DNA of 64,000 nucleotides from an uncultured Ignavibacteriales bacterium (GTDB lineage Bacteria; Zixibacteria; MSB-5A5; GN15; FEB-12), in contig CAZFGK010000001.1 of NCBI GenBank assembly GCA_964518635.1, positions 71,085 to 135,084 of the forward strand. Reading direction: 5' to 3'. The position numbers and the translations under genes were made by a program. Shown here piece by piece: positions 28,121-38,119 of this stretch (the stretch's first letter is position 1; every line of letters begins with the position of its first letter). The notes under the pieces were generated by a model, which saw nothing but the letters and a program-made list of their open reading frames with translations, was not told the DNA's origin and did no database searches.

Positions 28121-29299
28121 CTAGAGCTCTCTCCATGCGACGATCTTCATGCCTGATCCGCCCCCTCTGGTGATATTTCCCAGATCGCGGTCAAAGTGAA
28201 ATTTCGCACCCTGGTCGAGCTTGATGGTATTCCCTATCAGTGCACCATAGACTTGTGTCGTCTGGTCGTATTGGATATGCCCATTCGGACCATAGAATGT
28301 TCCATAGAATGAACAGCTTTGATTAAAGCTCAACCCGCCATTCTTTGAGAAGACCTGGAAATTTGAAGGGGTTCCCAGATCGTTCAATTTGCATGACTGT
28401 CCGAGTGCGATGTTGTTTTGATCATATATCTGTACATTTGCACCTGCTGCTGGCTTGAATTGGGTGAGTTTCCCCAACGTGATCGATGAGAAATAATAGA
28501 CACCCGTCTGTAAGGTGATTACCGCACTCGAACCGCTTGTGAGTGCTTTGGTTGCCGCATTGTATGTATATCCAGAACCAGACATTCCTGAACTTGCAAT
28601 GCTCGCGCCTTGTGCCCAGGTGTATTCACTAGCCGGGACGAGATCAAGTGCTACAGAGTCCGAGCTTGTTGAAGTGCTGCCAGTTACGACGCTTCCTGCT
28701 CCGAGAGTGATAGCCCCTCCTGCTGTGCTTGCATTTCCCTGGATATTGCATGTCTGAGATGTGGTGATAAAGCCATTAGAACCGATGTCACCACCTGTGT
28801 TGAGCTTCGTTGCGGCATAATTACCAGAATCGGAATTGTATGAATCGGTCACACAATTTTTATCCATAATGATACTGGTTCCGGCAAACATACCATGCGG
28901 AAAGAGTTTTCTTCCGCCACCGGGAACAAGCCAGAGTTCAACTTCGGACGACGCATCATGAGTGCTGGAAATACTGTAGACAACCACGGTATCATCCAGA
29001 CCGGCGTCATCCGATGAATCACGGACAGTCACCGCATAGGAACCCTGTCCAAACGCTTCATTGGGGTAGCCATCTCTCCAGTTCAGGTCGTCATTGATCG
29101 CCAGATAGGCACGTTTTGCTCCGGCTTCTGCAACATAGAAAGCCGAGCGGGAATGTGACTGGTTGTAAGAGAGCGTAATGTCAGTGGTCGTTGTACGAAT
29201 CGTCGCAATCCCCAGGACTGAAAGCATGCCCACAAGCAGAAGAGCGATCAGCATCGCACTACCTCGTTCGGATGAAAAATGTCGGTTCTTCACGTGCAT
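28121..29299 (-). CDS. PilX-like type IV pilus minor component with large Gly/Ser/Thr-rich C-terminal domain
   Basis: N-terminus ERGSAMLIALLLVGMLSVLGIATIRTTTTDITLSYNQSHSRSAFYVAEAGAKRA matches the PilX_N pattern. The start is placed at Met-12 (cat 29297-29299). Confidence 0.7.
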   Translation of the reverse strand: MHVKNRHFSSERGSAMLIALLLVGMLSVLGIATIRTTTTDITLSYNQSHSRSAFYVAEAGAKRAYLAINDDLNWRDGYPNEAFGQGSYAVTVRDSSDDAGLDDTVVVYSISSTHDASSEVELWLVPGGGRKLFPHGMFAGTSIIMDKNCVTDSYNSDSGNYAATKLNTGGDIGSNGFITTSQTCNIQGNASTAGGAITLGAGSVVTGSTSTSSDSVALDLVPASEYTWAQGASIASSGMSGSGYTYNAATKALTSGSSAVITLQTGVYYFSSITLGKLTQFKPAAGANVQIYDQNNIALGQSCKLNDLGTPSNFQVFSKNGGLSFNQSCSFYGTFYGPNGHIQYDQTTQVYGALIGNTIKLDQGAKFHFDRDLGNITRGGGSGMKIVAWREL

Positions 29300-29306
29300 A
29301 TCCTTC

Positions 29307-29870
29307 CTAGAGCGAGACATTTCGCATGACAACCTGTTCCATCATCGAAAAGGAACGGAAGCCTTCGTCGTCAGTTTTGGTGACATCAGACTTCGAGGTC
29401 TGCGCCACCAGCGCGATTTCAATTTTAGACGAATCAATCAATGTATAAGTCAGCGATCGAATATTGTCTGCATAGATGGCGGGGGCCGAACTGTTCACCT
29501 TGCGCATCAGACGGTATGGCTTCCAGTTGTCGGGATACGACTCCGTACCGGGCTGCAATTCGAGATAGAAGATCACCGTGTCGACCGGATTTGAGTTGCT
29601 ATAGTAGGCGATCAGGGTGTCATCGGAGAGATAGTATGCGTCATGCCCGGCTGGCAGTTTATAGCCAGCCATACGAAGAGTTCTTGAGATCTCGTCGATG
29701 CTGGCTCTTGTATTTTGCTGCATCTCGGTGACCTCTTCCTGCGAGGCGGTCACCCCGTGCATGGATTTATAGAAATCAAAGCCGCTGGCAGCAATCACAC
29801 TCGAGAGTAGAATTGCGACCAAAATTTCGATTAAAGTAAATCCGCGTTGTGAACGTGTACTATTGTTCAT
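29307..29870 (-). CDS. PilW-like minor pilin (prepilin-type N-terminal methylation motif)
   Basis: QRG|FTLIEILVAILLSSVIAA is a class III signal peptide with Glu at +5. Confidence 0.8.
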   Translation of the reverse strand: MNNSTRSQRGFTLIEILVAILLSSVIAASGFDFYKSMHGVTASQEEVTEMQQNTRASIDEISRTLRMAGYKLPAGHDAYYLSDDTLIAYYSNSNPVDTVIFYLELQPGTESYPDNWKPYRLMRKVNSSAPAIYADNIRSLTYTLIDSSKIEIALVAQTSKSDVTKTDDEGFRSFSMMEQVVMRNVSL

Positions 29871-29876
29871 ACCTGC

Positions 29877-30272
29877 TTACTCATCTTCCAGGATCAGGGT
29901 GCTGAGCTGAGAGTTTCTCGTGATATTCTGGTCATCAACCCAGTTCACATCGATCACGACCCGTACGGCACCATCCGGTACCAGCGTATCGGAGACGTGA
30001 TCATTCATGTTGGTAATTCTGGTATATGATCCGTCTCCAAGGGAATCTTCGGTTACTGAATACGGAAAGGCCGGAAGGGAATCCAGACTCAGCACCTCGG
30101 TCATTCTCTCTTCAGACAGATTTGACCCAATGGTGTTGTCTCGCGATTGGACATTCCCCTGAATCGCAGTAACGAACAAGGGAGCGAGTCCCAGCAAGCC
30201 AATGGAGATTACGACCATACTGACCATGACCTCCATCAGCCCGACTCCGCGATTTGAGCGAATTTTGATCAT
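29877..30272 (-). CDS. PilV-like minor pilin
   Basis: MIKIRSNRG|VGLMEVMVSMVVISIGLLGLAPLF is a prepilin-type leader with Glu at +5. The start is placed at Met-18 (cat 30270-30272). Confidence 0.75.
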   Translation of the reverse strand: MIKIRSNRGVGLMEVMVSMVVISIGLLGLAPLFVTAIQGNVQSRDNTIGSNLSEERMTEVLSLDSLPAFPYSVTEDSLGDGSYTRITNMNDHVSDTLVPDGAVRVVIDVNWVDDQNITRNSQLSTLILEDE

Positions 30273-30335
30273 AACGTTTTGTTCTTTCCGGTAATCTCTA
30301 TTTCGTAGATTGATCTTTCGCACGGAGGATCAACA

Positions 30336-30351
30336 TGCACAGGACGTGCCA
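30336..30351 (-). promoter_or_regulatory. Candidate sigma-54 (-24/-12) promoter for the minor-pilin operon
   Basis: The minus strand reads TGGCACG-TCCT-GTGCA against the consensus TGGCACG-N4-TTGCA. It lies about 65-80 nt upstream of the pilV-like ATG. Confidence 0.45.
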
Positions 30352-30534
30352 GACGAGGTCAATTCGAGATAAGTTGCTGCTATTATATGACTTATGAATT
30401 GTACCGAGCGGTCGGCTTGAGCTCGATTTCAAGGGCAAATTATGGGAATCTTCCCACACTCAAAGAGCTCTTGTACAAGGAAAAACTGACTGGCAGAGTG
30501 GCTATTCCCGTAGAAACTGATCTCAGAGCGTCAG

Positions 30535-31314
30535 CTATTTGCTATTTGAATAGACGACAAAGGAATATCCGACGTAGCTGACATCTTCGACCACCCGAAA
30601 GCCGAGCTGCTTCTCCAGCAGGTCTCCGTATTCATTGTTGAAAAACGAGATAAGCATCGGACGTGGATGTTGCTCCAGGGAGGCCTGAATATTTGCGAGG
30701 ACTTTCCTGAGGACTGACGAATCAAATGGATTGAAGATCAAAAAGACATTCTGATCCGGCTCGATTGCATAGACTGCAGCGTCGGCATGCACCATGACGA
30801 GCTTGGTCGTTGATGACGACTGCTTCTGGAATTCGACGATGTTTCGCTTCCCTGCTTCGGCCAGCTCAGCTGCAAACTCGACTCCGATCGCCTTCTCAAA
30901 CGAAAACTCCGACGCGACGAAAAGGACTCGCCCCTTTCCTCCGCCGATATCGACCAACACAGGATGAGGGGGGAAATGTGGCGTGATCGTGCGGAAAAAT
31001 TTCCGGAGTATGACAACCCGGAGCGGTTCGTATCGATTGCCGTGTGATTTGTTGTCGCCGGTGACGGTCAGTTGATCGAGTGTCGCCCAGCCGACGGTTT
31101 GGATCCCATACTTTCGGTCATATAGGAGATCGACGAGTACGATATATCCCTTCTGGATACTCCCCCGAATACCATGCCGTGCAAATGCGCGAGTGGCGCG
31201 CCTGAAAAAATTCAACTGATTAGACTCTGAAGAGAATATGAGGCCATAGAAGAAGAACATCAGTAATGAAAGAGAGTTCGTCAACCTCCCCGTTCTGCAC
31301 CCTTGCCGGAACAT
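30535..31314 (-). CDS. Class I SAM-dependent methyltransferase-like protein with hydrophobic N-terminus
   Basis: Motif I-like VLVDIGGGKGRVLFVAS followed by AIGVEFAAELAE (acidic residue at the end of beta-2). Confidence 0.65.
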   Translation of the reverse strand: MFRQGCRTGRLTNSLSLLMFFFYGLIFSSESNQLNFFRRATRAFARHGIRGSIQKGYIVLVDLLYDRKYGIQTVGWATLDQLTVTGDNKSHGNRYEPLRVVILRKFFRTITPHFPPHPVLVDIGGGKGRVLFVASEFSFEKAIGVEFAAELAEAGKRNIVEFQKQSSSTTKLVMVHADAAVYAIEPDQNVFLIFNPFDSSVLRKVLANIQASLEQHPRPMLISFFNNEYGDLLEKQLGFRVVEDVSYVGYSFVVYSNSK

Positions 31315-31377
31315 CTGATCGACAAAAGGTGGAAAAAACTGTTCGAACTTTGAGGAGTACTCATCGTATGTTATGAT

Positions 31378-32268
31378 GTGCTACAGGTACAGGGACTCTT
31401 CAAAAGTTTTGATGAAATACGTGCGGTCAATGGCCTCGACTTTGAGGTCCGACGTGGCGAGATATTTGGTCTGCTCGGTCCGAATGGGGCTGGGAAGTCG
31501 ACAACTATTCACATGCTCACCGGCCTGATACGACCTGACCGAGGGTCGATCAGATACGAAAATCTCCCCGACATCAACAGCCCAATCACCAGAAAATCAC
31601 TTGGCGTTGCGCCGCAGGCACTCGCGCTCTACGATGATCTTACTGGTGAAGAAAATCTCAGCTTCTTCGGCAGCATGTATGATATCCCCCGTTCAGCAAT
31701 CGGATCACGCGTTGCAGAAGCACTCGAATTAGTTGGACTGACCGATCGAAAGACGGATCGAGTGGTCGGCTATTCGGGCGGCATGAAACGTCGGCTCAAT
31801 CTCGCCTGTGCGATGGTGCATCGTCCCAGCTTTTTGCTCTTTGACGAGCCGACTGCCGGAGTCGATCCGCAGTCGAGAAATCTGATCATGGAAAAAATTC
31901 TCTCACTCAAGAATGACAAGGCGACGGTGATCTATACCACCCACTACATGGAAGAGGCCGAGCGACTCTGTGACCGGGTGGCTATTGTCGATCATGGCAA
32001 GATGCTCGATTGCGACACCCCCTCGGCACTGATCGCTCGTCACGGCGGCGGAACGATGGTGACCATTGAGCTTGATAAAATTCCCGATCAGAACATGAAA
32101 CTCCCCGCCGAGATTGATGGATCGACACTTGTTTTTGTCACTAGTGATCCATTTGAGGAAATTCATCGACTTCGAACTGACGGTTTGCAAATGCGCTCGG
32201 TCGTGATCGACCGACCAAATCTTGAACGGGTCTTTCTGAATCTGACCGGTAGAAAGCTTCGCGACTGA
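31378..32268 (+). CDS. ABC transporter ATP-binding protein (ABC-2/DrrA-like exporter subfamily)
   Basis: Walker A GPNGAGKST, signature YSGGMKRRL, Walker B LLFDEPTAGVD. GTG start. Confidence 0.9.
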   Translation: MLQVQGLFKSFDEIRAVNGLDFEVRRGEIFGLLGPNGAGKSTTIHMLTGLIRPDRGSIRYENLPDINSPITRKSLGVAPQALALYDDLTGEENLSFFGSMYDIPRSAIGSRVAEALELVGLTDRKTDRVVGYSGGMKRRLNLACAMVHRPSFLLFDEPTAGVDPQSRNLIMEKILSLKNDKATVIYTTHYMEEAERLCDRVAIVDHGKMLDCDTPSALIARHGGGTMVTIELDKIPDQNMKLPAEIDGSTLVFVTSDPFEEIHRLRTDGLQMRSVVIDRPNLERVFLNLTGRKLRD

Positions 32269-33545
32269 TGCAGGCAATCATCACCCTCGCCCTCAAAGAC
32301 CTGAAACTCCTCTGGCGAGACAAAGCCGGTCTGTTCTGGGTTTTGATATTTCCAATCTTAACCGCCCTCTTTTTCGGCTCCATGTTTGGCGGCATGAATG
32401 ATGATGAACAGCAGAGCATGACCATCGCGGTCATCGAGTCAACATCCCCTCTTGCGAATCAGATCTATGCCACGCTTGATTCAAGTGTACTCATCGAAAC
32501 CAGGCCGATGAACCTCGACTCGGCAAAATATCTCGTTCAACGCGGTAAACTGGCGGGTTTTGTCGAGGTACGAACGAATGCCGAAAGTGCGTTCCAGCTC
32601 TTTGCGGAGAGTACTGTGGTCGTGATCGGGATTGATCCATCCAGAAAGATGGAACGAGGTCTTCTCGAAGGCGTCGTCAACCAAGCCTATTTTACCGTCC
32701 TGCAGCAATCGATGTCACAACCCGGACAGATGCGTGAATCAATCGACACATGGAAAACTGAGATTGATACATCGTCACAATCGGATAGTAGTAAACAAGC
32801 AGCAACCCGCTGGATCACGTTCCTGAACGGACTCGATACCTTGCTCTCCACCTCTCCGGCGCGTGTCGATTCATCCGGAGCGACAGGCGGAGGAGGTCTT
32901 GGCAATCTAAGAGTCCAGGTCGATGAGATTGCGGATGATCGAATCGGTCCGCGATCCGGCTATGACCTTACTTTTCCGCAGGCGATCCAATGGGCGTTGA
33001 TCGGAACAGCGGCGGCTTTCGGAATCGGAATTGTGGTCGAGCGAACTCGCGGAACATGGCTACGGTTGAGACTCACGCCACTCAAACGAAGTCAGATTCT
33101 TGCCGGGAAGGGGCTTGCCTGTTTCATCGCATGCTTGGTGGTCAGCAGCCTGCTCATGACCCTCGGCGTTTTGATTTTTCAGGTGCAGATTTCTAATCTG
33201 CTCATGCTGGTTACGGCTATGATCTGTTCTGCCTTCTGTTTTGTGGGGCTGATGATGCTCATCAGTGTTCTGGGGAAAACTGAAAACTCAGTCGCTGGTG
33301 TTGGCTGGGGAATTTTCATGGTCTCATCGATGCTCGGCGGCGGAATGATACCGCTCATGTTTCTGCCGTCCTGGATCACACCCCTGAGCAACCTGAGTCC
33401 AGTCAAATGGAGTATCACCGCTCTTGAAGGGGCGATCTGGAGAGGATTTGGCTGGCACGAGATGCTTCTCCCCCTCGGCATTCTCGTGACTATCGGCCTG
33501 TGCGGCTATCTTGCCGGTGCAAAGATTCTCAGTCGTTTCGACTAG
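32268..33545 (+). CDS. ABC-2 type transporter permease
   Basis: N-terminal TM segment, large extracytoplasmic loop, then a C-terminal cluster of 5 TM segments. The ATG overlaps the ATPase stop (TGATG). Confidence 0.85.
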   Translation: MQAIITLALKDLKLLWRDKAGLFWVLIFPILTALFFGSMFGGMNDDEQQSMTIAVIESTSPLANQIYATLDSSVLIETRPMNLDSAKYLVQRGKLAGFVEVRTNAESAFQLFAESTVVVIGIDPSRKMERGLLEGVVNQAYFTVLQQSMSQPGQMRESIDTWKTEIDTSSQSDSSKQAATRWITFLNGLDTLLSTSPARVDSSGATGGGGLGNLRVQVDEIADDRIGPRSGYDLTFPQAIQWALIGTAAAFGIGIVVERTRGTWLRLRLTPLKRSQILAGKGLACFIACLVVSSLLMTLGVLIFQVQISNLLMLVTAMICSAFCFVGLMMLISVLGKTENSVAGVGWGIFMVSSMLGGGMIPLMFLPSWITPLSNLSPVKWSITALEGAIWRGFGWHEMLLPLGILVTIGLCGYLAGAKILSRFD

Positions 33546-33808
33546 TCGAAATCGAAGATATCCCCCCACATCGATTTCTTCTTTTTCTTCTTATAGTAAT
33601 CATCCGAACCGCGGGGCTCATGGTAGTGAGTCGGAGGGGGGGAAGCCGGAGCCGGGCGAGTTGGTTCATCGGCTGCTGAACGCTCGATTAGTTTGTCCAA
33701 TTCCCCTCGATCAAGCCAGACTCCGCGGCACTGCGGGCAATAGTCGATTTCGATCCCCTGACGGTCAGTCATCTTCAATTCTGTCGTCTTGCACACCGGG
33801 CACAACAT
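33542..33808 (-). CDS. zf-TFIIB-type zinc-ribbon protein
   Basis: MLCPVCKTTELKMTDRQGIEIDYCPQCRGVWLDRGELDKL has two CxxC pairs. A poly-Lys tract and a DIFDFD tail are typical of this small-protein family. The start is placed at Met-18 (cat 33806-33808). Confidence 0.75.
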   Translation of the reverse strand: MLCPVCKTTELKMTDRQGIEIDYCPQCRGVWLDRGELDKLIERSAADEPTRPAPASPPPTHYHEPRGSDDYYKKKKKKSMWGDIFDFD

Positions 33809-33951
33809 GAAATCCCTTTCTGATACTTGTATGAAGGATATAAACATGTCAATGCACATTTGGTTCCTGGCAATCGGTCGCAGGCACTCGAATCAGACCG
33901 ATTCTTCGGCAGGATCTCCTCTCGATCTGATATCGAAAGTAGTGGCTTACA

Positions 33952-34818
33952 TCAGTTCGGTTGCTGCATCAGAGTCGACAACAACTGGTCGATTTTTCCA
34001 ATTGAAAGGGAATAGTGCCCCTCGTTGGGGTATTCAGTCAGTTTGATGAATCTATTCTGCGCCGCGACACGCCGAATCGATTTGATCGGGCAGACTTCAT
34101 CGGCGTCACCATGCCACCAGAGAATCGGAAAGTGAACCTCGGTTGACTCAAATCCCCAATCACTTGTGATCAGACGGATATCCTGATAGACCCCATCGGA
34201 TGACTGACGATACGATTCTCGCGTACTGGAAACGAGCCCCTCCAGAATATCAGTCTGTCTCAGAAATTGCTGATCTGCAGGCGGAAGAAGAAAAAGAAGC
34301 CGACGAACATTTCGAACCGAGGCATAACCAAGGACCATCGTTCGCATGAATCTGAATGCGGGATTTCCTAGCCGAGGCAGGCGATCATGAAGTTGTACTC
34401 CGGTGCTCAGGAAAAAATTGGCTGATCTGTCTTCACGAAGCCAGTTTGAGTAGGGGACGCCAGAGCAGACCGCAACTCTGTCGAGTCGAGATGGAATAGC
34501 ATGGGCACAGGCAAAAGCATACGCCCCACCACCTGAGACTGCGAGGATAGAGAAAGTTGAAATGCCAAGATAATCTGCAAGCGTAGTCACAGTCTTCGGC
34601 CAGTCGAGAAGTTGTCGATGTCGAGCGATTGTCGACTTCCCCATTCCCGGACGATCGGCTGCGATAAGCCGAACGCCGAGTTCTTGTGCGTGTTTGCTTA
34701 AAATTGATGCCTGCAGATGACTCCCCGGCCAGCCATGAAAGAAGAAGACCGGCTTTCCGTTGAAATCCCCATACTCCTCCCAGAAAAGTTCCGGACCATC
34801 ATGTTGAAATACTGGCAC
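33952..34818 (-). CDS. Alpha/beta-fold hydrolase
   Basis: VFFFHGWPGS oxyanion region and a nucleophile-elbow-like AVSGGGAYA. Confidence 0.8.
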   Translation of the reverse strand: MPVFQHDGPELFWEEYGDFNGKPVFFFHGWPGSHLQASILSKHAQELGVRLIAADRPGMGKSTIARHRQLLDWPKTVTTLADYLGISTFSILAVSGGGAYAFACAHAIPSRLDRVAVCSGVPYSNWLREDRSANFFLSTGVQLHDRLPRLGNPAFRFMRTMVLGYASVRNVRRLLFLLPPADQQFLRQTDILEGLVSSTRESYRQSSDGVYQDIRLITSDWGFESTEVHFPILWWHGDADEVCPIKSIRRVAAQNRFIKLTEYPNEGHYSLSIGKIDQLLSTLMQQPN

Positions 34819-34951
34819 GCTGCTCCTTGCACCTTATCGCTTTTTGACCAGAGAGGCGGTTCTGCATAGACCAATCTGAATTTCACCTGTATACTAGCGG
34901 AATCGTGGAATTGACCAAAGAGAAACAACCCAGAAATAGTGTACGTCCTGT

Positions 34952-37807
34952 ATGATGGCCGCTGACGAGAGCTATCGCTCTGAAGCCACACAGGCAGTGA
35001 CGATCCTCGCTCCCGGCGCGATGATCTCACGCTATCGTCTGCTCAGTCGCCTCGGCGAAGGGGGGATGGGGGCGGTCTTTCTGGCGGAAGACAGCGGACT
35101 GAAACGTCAGGTCGCCCTCAAGTTTCTTTCGGCTCAGTTTGCCTCGGATCAGATTTTTCGCACCCGTTTTATCCGTGAAGCGCAATCAGCGGCCCGATTG
35201 AGCCATCCGAATGTGGTGACCATCTTTGAAGTCGGTGAATCGCAGGGGCATGTTTTTATCGCTATGGAATACCTGCAGGGGCAATCTCTCCGGCAACTGA
35301 TGGATCAGCGTCTTCCAACGTTGGAACGAACGCTCGCCATCATGGCGCAGGTCGGGGATGCGCTCGCCGCTGCGCATGTCAGCGGAATTACCCACCGGGA
35401 TGTCAAACCGGCGAATATCATCGTCGATCCGAATGACCGGGTACGTCTACTCGACTTTGGTCTCGCCAAATCTGAGGGGGAAGAGCAGCTCACCCAAGCC
35501 GGAACCGCGCTGGGAACGGTCAGCTACATGTCCCCCGAACACGCTATGGGGAAGAATATCGATCCTCGCAGTGATGTCTTTTCGGCAGGTATTGTCCTGT
35601 TTGAAATGCTCTCTGGGCAGTTGCCGTTCAAGAAGCCAAATATTCCAGCGACGATGCACGCCATTGTGAACGAGGCCCACCCGTCGATTCGCGCCCTGGT
35701 TCCGTCATTACCTCAATCACTACAAAACGTCGTCGACCGATCTCTCGCAAAACTCCCCGAGCAGCGCTACTCCTCGGCAAGGCAGATGGCGGACGAACTT
35801 CGCGGCTCCCTCTTCGATCTCGCTGGTCTTTCAAAGGGAAGCCCGGTTCCAACTGGACGTACCACAACCGCTCTTCCGGCAGTTGCTGCAAAGGTCACCT
35901 CGTTGGCGGTTTTGCATCTTCAGAATCTTGGAACAGACGAAGATGATGCCCTCTGCTATGGTATTACTGAAGACCTGATTGTCGATCTGACACGTATCGG
36001 TTCGATGCGTGTCTCGCCGATGCGGGCAATTCTCAAGTACAAAGACTCCGACGCAGATATCGAAGAGATCGCCGCAAAACTGAAAGTTGATCTGATTCTT
36101 GATGGCTCACTCAGACGGTCGGCGGGATCGATTCGAGTGACTGCACAATTAGTTGAAGCAGCGTCAGGGACGAATCTCTGGGCCGATCGATGGGAACATC
36201 CAATTGAGAAGCTGCCCGAGATCAAGCAGGCACTCGCCAATGGTGTCGCGCAGGCGCTGCAAATCGGGGTGACGGTTGTCTCGGCGGCGTTCGTGGGAAC
36301 GCCGGATGCAGAGGATGCACAGGCATACGAACTCTATCTGCGCGGCAAGTATGCATTCGAACATAAGAAAGAGAAAGCGGATGTGGTCCGCGCGTTGGAG
36401 CTCTATCAACAGGCCCTCAAGATGGAGCCGAATCTTCTTGCTGCACGGGCAGGTTTAGCGGAAGCACTGTTACATCAGGGAGAATATGACCGCGCCGCCG
36501 CCGAACTGGCAACCAGTTTGGATGAAGCCCGTGCCAAGGAGCTCAAACCGGATGAGGCAAGTTTGCTACGACTGCTCTGTCGCTACTATGTCCAGCGATC
36601 AGACTGGAAACTGGCGCATCAGCATGCAAGTCGATCTCTTGAATTGGCAAAAGAGCTGAATGACACGGTCGGTGAGATCGAATCGATTGGGTTGATTATT
36701 ATTGTGCTGCAACGTCAGTCGAAATTCGATGAAGCCCTCCAGCTTTTTGATCGCGTGCTCTCGCTGAGTCGTCAGGTTGGAGATCAGCAGCGTCTTGCCG
36801 AAGTTTTGAAAAACATGGGACAGGCCTATGCACGTCGCGGAGAATTCGACCGGGCCAGTTCGATGTACGAAGAGTCACTCGAACTCGCCCGTCAGCAGGA
36901 TGATATGAGCATTCAGGCCGCCTGCTTGTCAAATCTCGGCAATATCTCATTCTATCGCGGAAAATTGGCTGAAGCATTCAGTCGGTATCAGGATTCGCTT
37001 GATATATACAATCGTCTCGGTGACAAGGCAGGTTCTGCCCGTCAGGCACTCAATCTTGGTTTGATTGAAGCGACTCGTGGGAATCTCAATTCAGCACTGA
37101 CCACATTGCGTTCAGCTGAGACAAATGCTGAACAACTGGGGGACAAGGTCATTCTCGCCATGACGAAAGTGAATATTAGTCAGGTTTTAGTCAGTATGGG
37201 AAGACCAGAGGATGCAGTCGTAGCAGCGGCGGAAGCATTTCATATCGCGCAGGAAGTAACCTTTCCGGTCGGCCGAACGACCTCACAGGAACTGATCGGA
37301 CAGGCATACTTGTACAAGAGGGACTACGTTGCTTCAGAAGGGGCGTATCAGAAAGCACTCGAAGAGGCCCGCGATGCCGCTCTCAGCCGAAACGAATGTT
37401 ACGCCATGATCGGCTTGGGAATTGTTCACTACTATCAAAAGAACATTCAAAAGGCGCGGGAGTATTTTAATAGTGCTCAATCAATCGCCAAAGATCTCGG
37501 AGACAAGAGTGGTATGTCCCGCTCGACGGCTTATCTGGGGGCTATAACTTCGCGCGAAGGACTCTTCTTTGCAGGGACTCGTCAAATTCGCCAGGTAGTC
37601 AGAGACGCCGAATTGGCGGGAGATAGTCAACTCGAAGTCTCTCTCTCGATACTCCTTGCTGAAGTTCTTCTCACGTGTGGGGATAGTCCGGAGGATCAGT
37701 CAGAAGGGGAACGGCTGCTGATTACGATTGAAGCCCGTGCTCGTGAACTGAGTCTTGCCCCCGAACTGAAACGACTGGGCGAGATTGCAGCACTCCCGCG
37801 CAAGTAA
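34952..37807 (+). CDS. Ser/Thr protein kinase fused to a TolB-N/LpoB-like module and a long TPR domain (paralogue of 16143..18401)
   Basis: Kinase motifs GEGGMGAVFLA, VALK, HRDVKPANI, DFGLA and TVSYMSPEH. These are followed by LAVLHLQNLG...ITEDLIVDLTR...GSLRRSAGSIRVTAQLV and about 450 aa of TPR-like repeats. Confidence 0.9.
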   Translation: MMAADESYRSEATQAVTILAPGAMISRYRLLSRLGEGGMGAVFLAEDSGLKRQVALKFLSAQFASDQIFRTRFIREAQSAARLSHPNVVTIFEVGESQGHVFIAMEYLQGQSLRQLMDQRLPTLERTLAIMAQVGDALAAAHVSGITHRDVKPANIIVDPNDRVRLLDFGLAKSEGEEQLTQAGTALGTVSYMSPEHAMGKNIDPRSDVFSAGIVLFEMLSGQLPFKKPNIPATMHAIVNEAHPSIRALVPSLPQSLQNVVDRSLAKLPEQRYSSARQMADELRGSLFDLAGLSKGSPVPTGRTTTALPAVAAKVTSLAVLHLQNLGTDEDDALCYGITEDLIVDLTRIGSMRVSPMRAILKYKDSDADIEEIAAKLKVDLILDGSLRRSAGSIRVTAQLVEAASGTNLWADRWEHPIEKLPEIKQALANGVAQALQIGVTVVSAAFVGTPDAEDAQAYELYLRGKYAFEHKKEKADVVRALELYQQALKMEPNLLAARAGLAEALLHQGEYDRAAAELATSLDEARAKELKPDEASLLRLLCRYYVQRSDWKLAHQHASRSLELAKELNDTVGEIESIGLIIIVLQRQSKFDEALQLFDRVLSLSRQVGDQQRLAEVLKNMGQAYARRGEFDRASSMYEESLELARQQDDMSIQAACLSNLGNISFYRGKLAEAFSRYQDSLDIYNRLGDKAGSARQALNLGLIEATRGNLNSALTTLRSAETNAEQLGDKVILAMTKVNISQVLVSMGRPEDAVVAAAEAFHIAQEVTFPVGRTTSQELIGQAYLYKRDYVASEGAYQKALEEARDAALSRNECYAMIGLGIVHYYQKNIQKAREYFNSAQSIAKDLGDKSGMSRSTAYLGAITSREGLFFAGTRQIRQVVRDAELAGDSQLEVSLSILLAEVLLTCGDSPEDQSEGERLLITIEARARELSLAPELKRLGEIAALPRK

Positions 37808-37875
37808 CTCCCACAAGTACCGTTCAAAAGAAGCGCAATTTACTCCAAGACTGTACCCCGTTTTCACCTCTCGCG

Positions 37876-37904
37876 TTGACTTTTATGGCTCTGTGAGCTA
37901 CTTT
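37876..37904 (+). promoter_or_regulatory. Candidate sigma-70 promoter giving a long (about 210 nt) leader for the fibre-like protein gene
   Basis: TTGACT-17 nt-TACTTT. Found by eye only. Confidence 0.35.
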
Positions 37905-38119
37905 TGAATGGTTGGTTAGCAGGGTATCATGAGGTTACTCACCTGTCCCCCTGTTTCGTTTCGACTGTCCTAACCCGGTCGATATCCAACGAGATACCAG
38001 TGTGCCTCTATCGCACGATGCAATTTCGACTGAACAGTCGTGTGTGGGAGTTTTGGTACATATGGAGGTATCAAGAATTTCGATAGTAGATAAATGACCA
38101 AGGATTGAAAGGGTATCCG

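Noticed and set aside
33542-33545. Convergent ABC permease and zinc-ribbon genes share their stop codons inside a palindromic CTAG.
   Set aside because: This is a real but trivial geometric curiosity, and no additional structure or terminator is present. I note it only because it implies convergent read-through.
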